From positions 1,733,451 through 1,797,450 of the forward strand of contig MU058289.1 of the NCBI GenBank assembly GCA_013265495.1: DNA of 64,000 nucleotides. The letters run 5' to 3'. Below are positions 37,561 through 50,600 of the stretch, piece by piece. A program made the position numbers and the translations under genes. Position 1 is the stretch's first letter. Every line of letters begins with the position of its first letter. Under the pieces are notes generated by a model. The model was not told the origin of the DNA, did not search any database, and saw nothing but the letters and a program-made list of their open reading frames with translations. The stretch is from Vicugna vicugna (taxonomy: Eukaryota).

Positions 37561-39819
37561 AACAAATAGAATGGCATAACGTTAAGATTTTTTTAAGTTA
37601 AAACATTAATTAAATAAGAGATGTATGAGCTCTCAGTGCATAAAAAAAGCATTGAAGAAAAAAAAGTGAAAGGGGATGGAGGGAGGGAAGGAAGGAGTCA
37701 GACTCAGTGGGTGTCCCTAGGTATCACAAGCAGCTGCAGGGCTCAAAGTGGTGACACTGACAACATTTCATATGGAGAATGTTTTTTAAAAAATTCATTC
37801 CAGCGAGAGTGGGGAATGATGTCTTGGCATGTGTTTAAAGCTGAAAGAAACATGAGGATGGAGATAAGCCATCTGGAACCCTACTGATGTCAGAAGAGTT
37901 ACCTTTGTTTAACATTTTTATCCATCATCTGGAGGTCACAGAGCACAGAAAGTGCTGGGCTTGGAAGGGGCCCGGGTATGAGGTTCAGGTTGGTTTCACT
38001 GAGATATGGAGTAGACCAAGAAGAGGTAGTTAAGATGAGGTCATCTGAACTCTCCCAAGCGGGCACTGAGTGATGCTGACTTACAGAAAGGTGCAGGTTT
38101 GGCTGTCATCAGGTGGTCCATGAAGGACCACTGAGAGCACTAGCTGAGATGTGACTTGCATTTGGCAGGTCTGTGTGGTCCAGATCAGGCAAGGCAGGGT
38201 GGGAAGAGCATCTGAGCAGAGTTCCTGATGTTGTATAAATGCTCTTATTCACCGAAACCTAGAATGTAGAAGATGAGTACATAAGAGAGGAAAATATAAG
38301 ATAAAGGAAAAGAAATTCTGCTCTGTATAAGATCTTTCAAGCTTCTGTCCCTAAATTGCTGGTGCCTACTGAAAGGTAAAAATGAATCAAAAAGATTTTG
38401 TTTAAATGGAGAAGACTGTTGGATCCAGCCTTGGTCTCTGAGCTTATCTGGACAAATGTCTGGATAAAACCAAGCATGACTGGGGACCCCAGTTTGGGCC
38501 TTCCATAGGGTGGAGGCTGACTTTGGTCCCTTCCTTTCAGATAGGGCACATAGCAAGCTCACATCTGGGCATTGTTTTCCATCTGTGCAGCCAGTTTCCC
38601 CAAGAGATGTAAAAACTCCCATTTTTCCAAAGTATTAAAAAACCTAATGCTGAGCCAGATACAGCCATACTCCCTGAACTCAGCTTATGTGTAAATGAAG
38701 AAGTGTATCACTAATTGGTGTCGAGATGACTACAGAAGCCTTGTTTGAATATCTATTTTTAATTTCTCACTTGCGTGGGAAATACCTTACCTTTCAGCCT
38801 GTTAAAGAGCTTTCTGATTTATAAGGATATCATCTTAATTGAATAATGAGATGCTGCTTAGCATGTTGTTAAAAAATGTTTCCTCCCTCCAGTTACGTTT
38901 TTTTTTAAGTAAATAAGTGCCATTATTTCCATTCTTAATGTAAACAGCACGGGCGGTTTTCTCTTAAATCTCTCTTATAGTGAGTGAGTTTGTAACTTAA
39001 GAGAGTAGGAAGGAATTCTTTATGTATTTAGGAGGAGCTACTAAAATAAGTTAGGGTTTCTTTGTGGGACTTATAAAAGTGGTGAAACTACAATAAATCA
39101 TCCTGTTTATCAGATACTGGAGGTGTTCAAAATGAACTGATAAATTTTGGTCTCTTTGTTGAATATTCTTCTAAAAGTCATTGATAACTACAGATTGCTT
39201 ATCTTGATTCTGGCTAAAAGAAGAGAATTAATTGATTAATAAATATCCGTTAGTTGTATTTTACTGATTCTGTATAAATCTAAAGAATAAGTAGGTTGGT
39301 AGTCAGTGTAATACAGATTTACTTTAACACACAAATGTGGTCTGGTATCACAAGGGGAAATGGCAACCCCCTCTCCTGCCCCACCTCTCTTCTCTAAAGC
39401 CTTTTTTGCTCAATGGAAGCAAAGAGTTCATGGGATCTTTGCATCTTGGAGATGGTAACAGCAGACCAAAAAAATGTTCACCCTATGAAGCATATGAAGA
39501 AGCATATGAAAATCTCAACTGAATATTCATCAAATCTCTGGAGAGGGGAGGACTTTCTAAGCTAAGAAGTGATAGAAGTTACTATAATGAAAAATTTTTG
39601 TTAGATTTGACTGCGTACTTTTTCTCCCTTTCCCTGTGTATCTCTCTTGTCTATCCATCCCTCTCCATCTCCAGCCCTACCATTATCTCCCACAAAAACA
39701 CAGCAGGGAACTAAAAACAATAATATAATAAACAAATAATTCTAAGACTCCAACATACACAAATTTTATGCTGGAGACTTGTGACCGGCGGAAGGATTAT
39801 GCTCTGACTTAATTGATCG

Positions 39820-40205
39820 CAGGTGCAGTCAGGCTCTGTTGAAAATAACCGTAAGGAGTCTGGGTGGATGCAGGGAGGCTGATTCGGGGCCGTTGCAGTA
39901 ATCCCCAGAGAGATCATGGGGACCTGCACCAGGGTGGCAGTTGTAGAAATAGAAAGAGAAATGGCTGGATTCTGGATGTATTTTGAAGGTTGAGCTGACA
40001 AAATGAACTGATGGGCTGGATGTGGAGTTTGAGATAAGGAAGAGATGCGTGATTCCAAGCTTTTTCACTTGCTCACCAGGAAGATTCGAGCTGCCTTTAA
40101 CTGAGATGGGCAAGGTTGTGGGCTAGGGCAGGTTAGGGGGAGAATTTCAGGAGCTCAGCTTCAGACGTGTTAAATTGGACTTGACTATTAGACATGCAAA
40201 TAGAG
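39820..40205 (-). mobile_element. L2 fragment
   Basis: ggattctggatgtattttgaaggttgagctgaca...ctgcctttaactgagatggg. Confidence 0.75.
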
Positions 40206-43200
40206 ATGCAAGAGTAAGCACAGAGCGTTTATATAATAGAAAGAAGGAATATGTGAAAAGTCAGAGAAGCTGTAAAGACAGTGAAGATTTAAAGCGTTCA
40301 CACAGCGATAAGGCCCTGCTGACCTCAGTCTTGAGTCCCACAGCCATAGTGCTGTGCCAGTGTCCCCGGATTTCAGCCACTGTAGTTGACTCTGACCAAT
40401 ACAGACCAAAGGAATATATCCTTTACAATGCAGTTGACGATGGTTAAAGGAGTTTAAACATTTTTACAGTTTTACTGAGATATAATTGACACGTAACATT
40501 GCATAAGTTTAAATAATACATAATCATTATATAATGATTTGATATATGTATATATTGCAAAATGATTATCATTATAAATTTAGTTAACATCCATCATGTC
40601 ACATAGTTACACTTTTTTGTGATGAGAATTTTTAAGATCTACTCTCTCAGCAACTTTATAATATATATACAGTGTAAACAATATTGTTAACTATAGTCAC
40701 CATGTTATACATGACATGGCCAGAACTTACTTATCTTATAACTAGAAGTTTGTACCTTTGACTTCCTTCACTCATATCCCCTACCTCCACCCCCTGCCTC
40801 TGGCAGCCACCAATCTATTCTCTGTTTCTGTGGTTTCGATTTTTTTTTAAAGTTCTACATATAAGTGGGATCATACAGTATTTGTCTGTCTCTGTCTGAC
40901 TTATTTTACTTAGCATAATGCCCTCAAGACTCATCCATGTTCCCACAAATGGTAGAATTCCCTTCCTTTTTATGGTTGAATAATATTTCCTTATATATAC
41001 CACATTTTCTTTATCCCTTCATCCATCAATGAATATTTAGTTTGTTTTATGTCTTCGCTATTGTAAAAATGCTGCTGCAGTGAACATTGAAGTGTAGATA
41101 TCGCTTTGAGATGGTGATTTCATTTCCTTTGCATATAAACCCAGAAGTGGAATTGCTAGAGCATAATAGAAGTTCTACTTTAAGTTTGTAACGGAATTTC
41201 CATACTGGCTGCACCAATTTACATTTCCACCAACAGTACAAAAAGGTTTCCTTTTCTCCACATACTTCCCAACATTTGTTATCTCTTTCTTTTTTGGTAA
41301 TAACCATTCTAACGGGTGTGAGGTGATATCTCATTGTGGTTTTGATTTGCATTTCCCTGGTGATTAGTGATGTTGAACACCTTTTCATATACCTGTTGGC
41401 CATCTATATGTCATCTTTGGAAAAATACCTGTTCAGATCCTCTGCCTGTCTTTAAATTGGATTATTTGTCTTTTTTGCCATTGAGTTGAGTCTGTTCCTT
41501 ACATATTTGCCTACTAACTCCTTATCAGATATATTGCTTGTAAATATTTTCTCCCCATCCCATAGGTTGCTTTTTCATTTTGTTGATTATTTCTTTTGCT
41601 GTGCAAGAGCTTTTTAGTTTGATTTATTTTTGTTTATTTTTACTTTGTTGCTTGTGCTTTTGGTGTCATACCCCAAAAACCATTGCCAAAACCAATGCCA
41701 AGAAGTTTTTCCCTATGCATTCTTCTAGTTTTACAGTTTCAAGTCTTACATTTAAGTCTAATCCATTTTGGGTTAATTTTTGTGAATAGTGTAAGGCAGG
41801 AGTCTGGTTTCATTCTTTTGCATGTGAATATCCAGTTTTTCTAACACTATTTATTGAAGAGACTCTTTTCCTCATTGAGGGTTCTTGTCTCCCTTGTCCA
41901 ATATTGGTTGACCATACATGCATGGGCTTATTTCTGGGCTCTCAATTCTGTTCCATTTATCTATACATCTGTTTTTATGTCAGCATCATACTGTTTGATT
42001 ACTATAGCTTGATAATATAGTTTGAAATCATGAAATGTGATGCCTCTAGTATTATTCTTATTTCTCAGCATTGCTTTGGCGATTCAAGTTCTTTCGTTGT
42101 TCCAAACACATTTTAGGATTGTGTTTTCTACTTCTGTAAAAAAATGTCATTGGAATCTTAATAGGGTCTGCACTGAATCAATATACGGCTATGGGTAGTA
42201 TGGACATTTTAGCAATATTAATTCTTTCAGTCTATGAACACAGAATATCTTTCCATTTATTCATATCTTCTTCAATTTTTTTTATCAGTGTGACTGATTT
42301 ATCAGTTTTTAGGGTAGAGATCTTTTACCTCCTTGGTTAAATTTATTCCTAAGTATTTTATTGTTTTTGTTGCTATTGTAAATGGGATTATTTTTGTTAT
42401 TTCTTTTTCATATAATTCATTGTTAGTGTGTAGAAGTGACACTGATTTTGTATGTTGATTTTGTACTCTGCAACTTTACTGAATTTGCTGATTTGTTCTA
42501 ATTTGTTTTTGGTGGTGTTTAGGGTTTTCTATATATAAAACCTTGTTATCTGCAAACAGACAATTTTACTTCTTCCTTTATGATTCAGATGCTTTTTATT
42601 TTTTTTCCATGCCTGGTTGCTCTGGCTAGGACTTCCAGTTCTGTGTTGAGTATGAATGGTAAGAGTGGGCATCCTTGTCTTGCTCCTGATTCTTAGAGGA
42701 GCAGCTTTCAGTCTTTCACCACTAAGTTTGATGTTAGCTGTGGACATGTCATATATGGCCTTTGTTATTTTAAGGCATATTCTTTCTGTACTCAATTTGT
42801 TGAGAGTTTTTGTATGAAAGGATTTTGTACTTTGTCAAATGCTTTTTATACATCTATTGAGATGATCTTAGGATTTTTATCTTTCATTTTGTTAGTGTGG
42901 TGTATTGCATTTATTGATTTGCATATGCTAAACCATCCTTGCAGAATGGGGCTAAATCTCACTTGATCATGTTATATGATCCTTTTTAATGTGGTGTTAA
43001 ATTCTAGTTTGCTAGTATTTTGTTGAGAATTTTTTGCATCTATATTCATCAAGGATATTGGCCTGTAGTTTTCATTTATTGTAATGTCCTTATATGGCTT
43101 TGATATCAGAGTAATGATGGTCTCTTAAAATGTGTTTGAGTGTGTTCCCTCTTTTTTGATTTTTATTTATTTATTTTTTTGGTGGGGGAAGTTTGAGAAG

Positions 43201-43451
43201 GATTGGTGTTAATTCTTCTTTGAATGTTGGGTAAAATTCACTAGTGAAACCATCTGGTCTTAGCTTTTCTTTGTTGGGAGTTTTTATTACTGATTCAATT
43301 CTTATTTGTTACTGATCTGTTCAGATTTTATATTTCTTAATGATTTAGTCTTGGTAGGTTGTATATTGCTAAGAATTTATCCATTTTTCTAGGCCGTCCA
43401 ATTTGTTGTTTATAGTTGTTCATAGTAGTCTGTTATGATCCTTTGCATTTC

Positions 43452-46408
43452 TTTTTTTAATATTTTTTATTGATTTATAATCATTTTACAAAGTTGTGTC
43501 AAATTCCAGTGTTCAGCACAATTTTTCATTCATGGACATATACACACTCATTGTCACATTTTTTTCTCTGTGATTTATCATAACATTTTGTGTATATTTC
43601 CCTGTGCTATACAGTGTAATCTTGTTTATCTATTCTACAATTTTGAAATCCCAGTCTATCCCTTCCCACCCTCCACCCCCCTGGTAACCACAAGTCTGTA
43701 TTCTCTGTCTATGAGTCTATTTCTGTCCTGTATTTATGCTTTGTTTTTGTTTGTTGGTTTGTTTTTGTTTTTGTTTTTTAGATTCCACATATGAGCGATC
43801 TCATATGGTATTTTTCTTTCTCTTTCTGGCTTACTTCACTTAGAATGACATTCTCCAGGAGCATCCATGTTGCTGCAAATGGCATTATGTTGTCGGTTTT
43901 TATGGCTGAGTAGTATTCCATTGTATAAATATACCACCTCTTCTTTATCCAGTCACCTGTTGATGGACATTTAGGCTGTTTCCATGTTTTGGCTATTGTA
44001 AATAGTGCTGCTATGAACATTGGGGTGCAGGTGTCATCCTGAAGTAGATTTCCTTCTGGATACAAGTCCAGGAGTGGGATTCCTGGGTCATATGGTAAGT
44101 CTATTCCTAGTCTTTTGAGGAATCTCCACACTGTTTTCCATAGTGGCTGCACCAAACTGCATTCCCACCAGCAGTGTAGGAGGGTTCCCCTTTCTCCACA
44201 GCCTCTCCAGCATTTGTCATTTGTGGATTTTTGAATGACGGCCATTCTGACTGGTGTGAGGTGATACCTCATTGTAGTTTTGATTTGCATTTCTCTGATA
44301 ATTAGTGATATTGAGCATTTTTTCATGTGCTTTTTGATCATTTGTATGTCTTCCTTGGAGAATTGCTTGTTTAGGTCTTCTGCCCATTTTTGGATTGGGT
44401 TGTTTATTTTTTTCTTATTGAGTCGTATGAGCTGCTTATATATTTTGGAGATCAAGCCTTTGTCGGTTTCACTTGCAAAAATTTTCTCCCATTCCGTAGG
44501 TTTTCTTCTTGTTTTATTTCTGGTTTCCTTTGCTCTGCAGAAGCTTGTAAGTTTCATTAGGTCCCATTTGTTTATTCTTGCTTTTATTTCTTCTAGGAGA
44601 AAATTTTTGAAATGTATGTCAGATAATGTTTTGCCTATGTTTTCCTCTAGGAGGTTTATTGTATCTTGTCTTATGTTTAAGTCTTTAATCCATTTTGAGT
44701 TGATTTTTGTATATGGTGTAAGGGTGTGTTCTAGCTTCATTGTTTTACATGCTGCTGTCCAGTTTTCCCAACACCATTTGCTGAAGAGACTGTCTTTATT
44801 CCATTGTATATTCTTGCCTCCTTTGTCGAAGATGAGTTGACCAAAAGTTTGTGGGTTCATTTCTGGGCTCTCTATTCTGTTCCATTGGTCTATATGTCTG
44901 TTTTGGTACCAATACCATGCTGTCTTGATGACTGTAGCTCTATAGTATTGTCTGAAGTCTGGGAGAGTTATTCCTCCAGCCTCTTTCTTTCTCTTCAGTA
45001 ATGCTTTAGCAATTCTAGGTCTTTGATGGTTCCATATAAATTTTATTATGATTTGTTCTAGTTCTGTGAAATATGTCCTGGGTAATTGGATAGGGATTGC
45101 ATTAAATCTGTAGATTGCCTTGGGCAGTGTGACCATTTTAACAATATTGATTCTTCCAATCCAAGAGCATGGAATATCTTTCCATTTTTTAAAGTCTTCT
45201 TTAATTTCCTTCATCAATGGTTTATAGTTTTCTGTGTATAATTCTTTCACCTCCTTGGTTAGATTTATTCCCAGATATTTTATTACTTTGGGTGCTATTT
45301 TAAAGGGGATTGTTTCTTTACTTTCTTTTTCTGTTGATTTATCGTTAGTGTAAAGAAAGGCAACTGATTTTTGAACATTAATTTTGTAACCTGCTACCTT
45401 GCTGAATTCTTCGATCAGCTCTAGTAGCTTTTTTGTGGACCTTTTAGGGTTTTCTATATATAGTAACATGTCGTCAGCATATAATGACACTTTTACCTCT
45501 TCTTTTCCAATTTGGATCCCTTTTATTTCTTTCTCTTGCCTGATTGCTGTGGCTAGGACTTCCAGGACTATATTGAATAGGAGTGGTGATAGTGGGCATC
45601 CTTGTCTTGTCCCAGATTTTAGTGGGAAGCTTTTGAGTTTTTCACCGTTGAGAACTATGCTGGCTATAGGTTTGTCATATATAGCTTTTATTATGTTGAG
45701 ATATGTTCCCTCTATACCCACTTTGGCGAGAGTTTTTATCATAAATGGGTGTTGAATTTTATCAAATGCTTTTTCTGCATCGATTGAGATGATCATGTGG
45801 TTTTTGTCCTTTCTCTTGTTGATGTGATGTATTACATTGATTGATTTGCGTATGTTGAACCAGCCTTGTGTCCCTGGGATGAACCCCACTTGGTCATGAT
45901 GTATAATCTTTTTTATGTGTTGTTGGATTCTATTTGCTAAAATTTTGGTGAGGATTTTGGCGTCTATGTTCATCAGTGATATTGGCCTATAATTCTCTTT
46001 TTTTGTAGTGTCTTTGCCTGGTTTTGGTATCAGGGTGATGGTGGCTTCATAGAATGAGTTTGGGAGTATTCCCTCCTTTTCAATCGTCTGGAAGAGTTTG
46101 AGAAGGACTGGTATGAGTTCTTCTTTGTATGTTTGGTAGAATTCCCCGGTGAAGCCGTCCGGTCCTGGACTTTTATTTGTAGGGAGGTTTTTAATTGCTA
46201 TTTCTATTTCCTTTCTAGTGATCGGATTGTTCAAGTGTTCAGTTTCTTCTTGATTCAGTTTTGGTGGACAGTATGTTTCCAGAAACTTGTCCATCTCCTC
46301 TAGGTTATCCAGTTTGGTTCCATATAGTTTTTCATAATATTCTCGTATGATATTCTGTATTTCTATTTTGTTTGTTGTAATTTCTCCATTTTCCTTTCTT
46401 ATTTTGCT
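43452..46408 (-). mobile_element. Young 5'-truncated L1 (~2.96 kb) with uninterrupted ORF2 remainder
   Basis: Poly-T at 43452, 3' UTR to 43777, and an open ORF2 frame to ~46408. Imperfect flanking repeat ctttgcattt (43441-43450) / ctttgtattt (46411-46420). Confidence 0.97.
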
Positions 46409-46453
46409 ATCTTTGTATTTGTGTGGTATCAATTGTAATGTCTCCTTTTTCAT
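43778..46453 (-). CDS. L1 ORF2p fragment (reverse transcriptase and C-terminal CCHC domain; endonuclease domain missing). The first ~15 codons come from the flanking older L1 read out of frame.
   Basis: 891-aa ORF with [52 protein letters not shown] and [18 protein letters not shown]. Not retrotransposition-competent on its own (no promoter, ORF1 or endonuclease). Confidence 0.95.
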   Translation of the reverse strand: MKKETLQLIPHKYKDSKIRKENGEITTNKIEIQNIIREYYEKLYGTKLDNLEEMDKFLETYCPPKLNQEETEHLNNPITRKEIEIAIKNLPTNKSPGPDGFTGEFYQTYKEELIPVLLKLFQTIEKEGILPNSFYEATITLIPKPGKDTTKKENYRPISLMNIDAKILTKILANRIQQHIKKIIHHDQVGFIPGTQGWFNIRKSINVIHHINKRKDKNHMIISIDAEKAFDKIQHPFMIKTLAKVGIEGTYLNIIKAIYDKPIASIVLNGEKLKSFPLKSGTRQGCPLSPLLFNIVLEVLATAIRQEKEIKGIQIGKEEVKVSLYADDMLLYIENPKRSTKKLLELIEEFSKVAGYKINVQKSVAFLYTNDKSTEKESKETIPFKIAPKVIKYLGINLTKEVKELYTENYKPLMKEIKEDFKKWKDIPCSWIGRINIVKMVTLPKAIYRFNAIPIQLPRTYFTELEQIIIKFIWNHQRPRIAKALLKRKKEAGGITLPDFRQYYRATVIKTAWYWYQNRHIDQWNRIESPEMNPQTFGQLIFDKGGKNIQWNKDSLFSKWCWENWTAACKTMKLEHTLTPYTKINSKWIKDLNIRQDTINLLEENIGKTLSDIHFKNFLLEEIKARINKWDLMKLTSFCRAKETRNKTRRKPTEWEKIFASETDKGLISKIYKQLIRLNKKKINNPIQKWAEDLNKQFSKEDIQMIKKHMKKCSISLIIREMQIKTTMRYHLTPVRMAVIQKSTNDKCWRGCGERGTLLHCWWECSLVQPLWKTVWRFLKRLGIDLPYDPGIPLLDLYPEGNLLQDDTCTPMFIAALFTIAKTWKQPKCPSTGDWIKKRWYIYTMEYYSAIKTDNIMPFAATWMLLENVILSEVSQKEKEKYHMRSLICGI

Positions 46454-47400
46454 TTGTACTTGTATTTATTTAAGTCCTCTCTCTTCTTTTCTTGGTAGTC
46501 TAGCTAAAAGTTTGTTAATTTTGATTATCTCTTCAAAGAACCAACTCTTGGTTTTGTTGGGTTTTTCTATTGTTTTCCTCTTTTCTATTTCATTTATTTC
46601 TGCTCTGATCTTTATTATTATTTCCTTCCTTCCACTAATTTTTGGCTGAGTTCATTCTTTTTCCATATCCTTGTGGTATAAAATTAAGGGGTTTTTTTGA
46701 GATTTTTTTTCCTTTGATGTATGCATTTATCACTATAAATTTTCTTCATAGAACTGCTTTTTCTGTATCTGATAATTTTGGTACATGTGTTTCCATTTTC
46801 ATTTGTTTCAAGATGTTTAAAAAATCTCCTTTTTGATTTCTTCTTTGATCCATTGGTTGTTCAGAAATCTGTAGTTTAATTTCCATGTACTGAAGAGTTT
46901 TCCAGCTTTCCTCCAGCTATTTATTTCTATATCATTGTGGCTGGAAAAGATAATTGGTATGATTTCAGTTTTCTTAAATTTGCTAAGACTTATTCTGTGA
47001 CCTAACATATGCTCTATCCCAGGAAATGTTCTGTATGTTCTTGAGAAGAATGTGTATTCTGCTATTGTTGGGTGGAATGTTCTGTATATGTCTGCCAGGT
47101 CTATAATGCTGTTCAAATCTGCTGTTACCTTATTTATTATCTATCAGGATGATCTATTCATTGTTGCGAGTGGGATGTTAAAAGTTCCCAACTATAATTG
47201 TATTGCTGTTTATTTCTCCTTTTAGTTTCACAAATATTTGATTTATATAGTGCTCTGATGTTGGGATGATAAATATTTACAATTGTTGTATCTTCTTGAT
47301 GGGTTGACCCCTTTGCCATTATCTAATTGACCTTCTTTGTCTCTCTTGACCACTTTGAGCTTAAAGTATATTTTGTCTGGAACAAGCAAACTACCCCTGC

Positions 47401-47620
47401 TTTTTAAAATTTAATAATACAGCTAATGTACAATAGTATATAAATTACAGGTGTACAATATAGTGATCTACAGTTTTTAACGGTTATACTCCACTTATAG
47501 TTATTATAAAATATTTTCTGTATTCCCTGTGTTACACAGTATTTTGTGTTGTATGTATCCTTGTATCTTATTTTATATCTAATAGTTTGTACCTCTTTAT
47601 CTCCTACTCCAGTATTGTAC
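47401..47620 (-). mobile_element. Short L1 3' UTR fragment nested in the older L1
   Basis: tacaggtgtacaatatagtgat...ttatactccacttatagttattataaaatatt interrupts the endonuclease-start region of the host L1. Confidence 0.7.
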
Positions 47621-49399
47621 TTCTGATTTTTTTTGTTACTGTTTGCTTTTTCTGTCCCTCCACTCTCAGTCTACATGTGCCATTAAAGTGAAAGTGAGCT
47701 CCCTATAGGCAACATGTGGTTGGATCTTGTATTTTTATCCATCAGCCATGCTGTGTCTTTTCACTGGAGAATTTACTCCAATGTTCAAAGTAATTATTGG
47801 TAGGAAAAGCCTGTTTGCTAATTGTTTTCTGACTGTTTTGTAGATTTTTTTTTCCCTCACTTATGTCTTCCCTTGTGATTTGATGATTTTTTGGAACTGT
47901 ATGCCTTGGCTCCTTTATCATAATCTTTTGTGTATCTACTACAGGTTTTTCTTTTGTGGATATCATGAGGCTTACATAAAATAACTTACAAAAGATCCTG
48001 TTTTAAGCTGATAACAATTTAATTTTAATGACATATGTAAACTTTATACTCTTTACTCCCTCTCACATTTTAGGTTATTGATGTTACAGTTTACATACTT
48101 CTATATTGTGTATCGGATAACAAATTATTATAGTTATGGTTATTTTAAATACATTTGTTTTTTAACTTTTAAACTAGAGTTGTAAGTGAACTATGTATCA
48201 CCATTACAATGTTAAAGAATCTGCCTTTGGCTATATATTTATCATTGCCAGTAAGTTTTACACATGCATTCATGTGTTTACAGTGTTAATTAGCATCCTT
48301 TTATTTGTACTTGAAGAATGCCCTTTAGCATTTCTTGTAAAGCAGGGATAGTGGTGATGAACTCCCTTAGCTTCTGTTTATTCCAGAAAGTCTTTTTCTC
48401 TTCTTCATTTCTGAAGGACAGCTTTGTCAGGTATAGTATTCTTGGTTGACAGTTTTTTCTTTCAATATGTTAAATATTGTAGGCCACTCTCTCCTGGCCT
48501 ACAAAGTTTCTGTTGAGAAATCCACCCATAGTCTTATGGGGATTCCCTTGTATGTGATGAATCACTTTTCTCCTGCTGCTCCCAAAATTCTCTCTTAGTC
48601 TTGGATTGTTGACAATTTAAATATGATATATTTAAGTGTAGCCCTTTTCAGATTCAACCTATTTGGGGTCTTTTGGGCTTCATAAACCTAGATGTTCATT
48701 TTTCTCTCCAAGTTGGGGAATTTTTCAGCCATTATTTCTTTAAATATGCTTTCTGTCCCTTTCTCTTTGTCTTCTCTTTCTGTGATTTCCATAATATATA
48801 TATTGTTCCTTTTGATGGTGTCCTATTAGTCCCATGGGACATAGACTTTTCTTCTTTTTTTTTTTAAATTCTTTTTTCTTTTTATTCCTGGATAATTTCA
48901 GATGACCTATCTTCTAGTTAACTGATTCTTTCATTTGCTGGGTGAACTCTGCTGTTGAATCTCTCTATTGAATTCCTCAGTTCACTCATCTTGTTCTTCA
49001 GCTCTAGGATTTCTGTTTGGTATTTTTGGTGGTTTCTATTTCCTTGTCAACCTTCTTATTTTGTTTGTACATTGTTTTCCTAATTTTATCTGGTTGTTTG
49101 TGTGTTCTTGTAGTTCACTAAACTTCATTAAGGGTTCTGAATTCTTTGTCAGACAGTTTATAGATATTCATTTCATTAGGGTCAGTTATTGGAGCATTAT
49201 TAGTTTCCTTTGGTGGTGTCATGTTTGCCTGATTCTTTGTGATCTTTGATTCTTTGAGTTGGTACCTGCACAATTGGGTAAGTGGTCTCAAGACTTACAG
49301 GTTTCCAGACCTTCCAGGTTTGCTTTGGCAGAGATAGTCCTTTACCAGAGAATTCAGTTTGGGATTCTGGATGGGTTTGGTGGTAGCATTCTTGGTCAG

Positions 49400-50270
49400 G
49401 TAGGGCTTGCTATCAGGAAGCTCTATTTGGGTGAGGCCACTGCCCAAGATGTGAGGTTGGGGTGGGAGATGTGCTGCTGCTGGCTGGAAATAGCTGGATA
49501 GGGCTGGTAGCTTGGTTCCCTGTCCAGATGTAGCTGTAGGATGGGCTCCATAGCTGCCAGTCAGGCTTCTTAGTCAGGTGGGACTAAATGCTATACTCAG
49601 CAGTTGGGCAGGGCTGCCAATTTGCTTCCCTGCCCATGAGAGCTGTAGAATGGGCTCCACAGCCATTGCAACTTGATGCCTGAGGACCCAAATCAGGCAG
49701 AACTGCCCACCGAGATCACTGTCCGGATGAGACCCCTGGCGTGGCTCTGTGGAATGGCAGAGCCACTGGCTGGGCTTTCAGCTTGGATGCCACTGCAAAC
49801 TAGGCTGTAGGGTGAGCCATGCAGCCCTCCCAGGTGCTCTAGCTAACCTTTCTGGTTAGGCAGGATTGAGAGCTGTACTCATAGCAGGGCTATGCAATGC
49901 TTCCCTGCTGGAACAGGGTGGCAGAACAGGCTCCAAGGTTGGCATAGCTTATTGGCTGAGGACCTGCATCAGGAAGAACTGCCCACTTAATTCTTTGGCC
50001 AGAGAAGGCCACTGACTCAACTCTGTGAGTAGACAGGCCTGCTGGTTTGGCTCTCTGCTCAGGTACTGCTCTAAGTAGGACTGTAGGATGGGCCATGCAA
50101 ACCCCTGGGTGTTCCAGCCAGGCCACCTGGCTGGGCTAGACTGAGGGCTATATTTAACAGTAGATGGGGCTTCAGATCTGCTTCCCTGCCCAGCAAGTTG
50201 CAGAACAATCTCCACAGCTAGTATGGCTCCTTGGCTGGGGACCCAAATCGGTAGAAATGCCCACCAGTTG
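49400..50270 (-). repeat. Diverged ~277-bp tandem monomers in the L1 5' region
   Basis: Anchor ggaccc/tg..atc.gg.agaa.tgcccac recurs at 49684, 49960 and 50239 (spacing 276 and 279). Confidence 0.75.
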
Positions 50271-50393
50271 GGAAAAACTGAAATAATTAGGGAGCAGTAA
50301 TGGGGGTGAAGGAGGGAAGTTGGGATTCAAACCCAGGACTACATGACTCAAAAACCCCATGTTCTTCACACCTATGCCCTTCTGTTATTTCAG

Positions 50394-50417
50394 AGTCCTT
50401 TGTTGGTCTCTTCACAG
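50394..50417 (+). other. Candidate 24-nt microexon / AG|GT dual splice site
   Basis: Acceptor cccttctgttatttcAG, then AGTCCTTTGTTGGTCTCTTCACAG, then donor CAG|gtgaga. Frame-preserving. Confidence 0.4.
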
Positions 50418-50484
50418 GTGAGACCATACAGATTCTTGGTTCTAATTGCCATGGCTTCTTAATTCTACATCCTTTGTCTTGGTC

Positions 50485-50600
50485 ATAGAATTTGCCATTT
50501 CTGTGGGGCAGGATGAAGGGAATTGTTATCTGCTGTACAGTTTCTGCTGTTATACACAAACATCACAGACACACTTTTAAATAAATCTTTAAATATACCA
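50485..50600 (+). repeat. Donor copy of a ~110-bp local duplication
   Basis: Nearly identical to 51443-51549. Confidence 0.92.

Larger units (their letters stand above)
40460..50280 (-). mobile_element. Older near-full-length L1 (L1MA-like), split by a young L1 at 43452-46408 and a small L1 fragment at ~47400-47620
   Basis: Colinear on the minus strand: GC-richer repeated 5' region (49300-50280), ORF1 remnants (48300-49250), endonuclease (ORF 46817-47116 DLADIYRTFHPT..EYTFFS), RT/C-terminus remnants (ORFs 42529-42795, 41047-41403, 40815-41003) and 3' UTR/poly-T at ~40460. Many frameshifts. Confidence 0.9.

Noticed and set aside
38786..38810. Minus-strand tttaacAG|GCTGAAAG|gtaagg
   Set aside because: The 8-nt length is not frame-preserving and the pyrimidine tract is poor, so it is likely chance.
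43659..43682. G-quadruplex-capable tract on the minus strand
   Set aside because: Standard G-rich tract of L1 3' UTRs, not novel.
44280..45755. Plus-strand ORFs of 186, 65 and 118 aa
   Set aside because: Antisense shadows of the intact L1 ORF2, with no independent coding evidence.
46409..46453. ATG start ([15 protein letters not shown]) of the 891-aa ORF as a genuine N-terminus
   Set aside because: It is older-L1 sequence read out of its native frame and fused by chance to the young ORF2. There is no promoter evidence.
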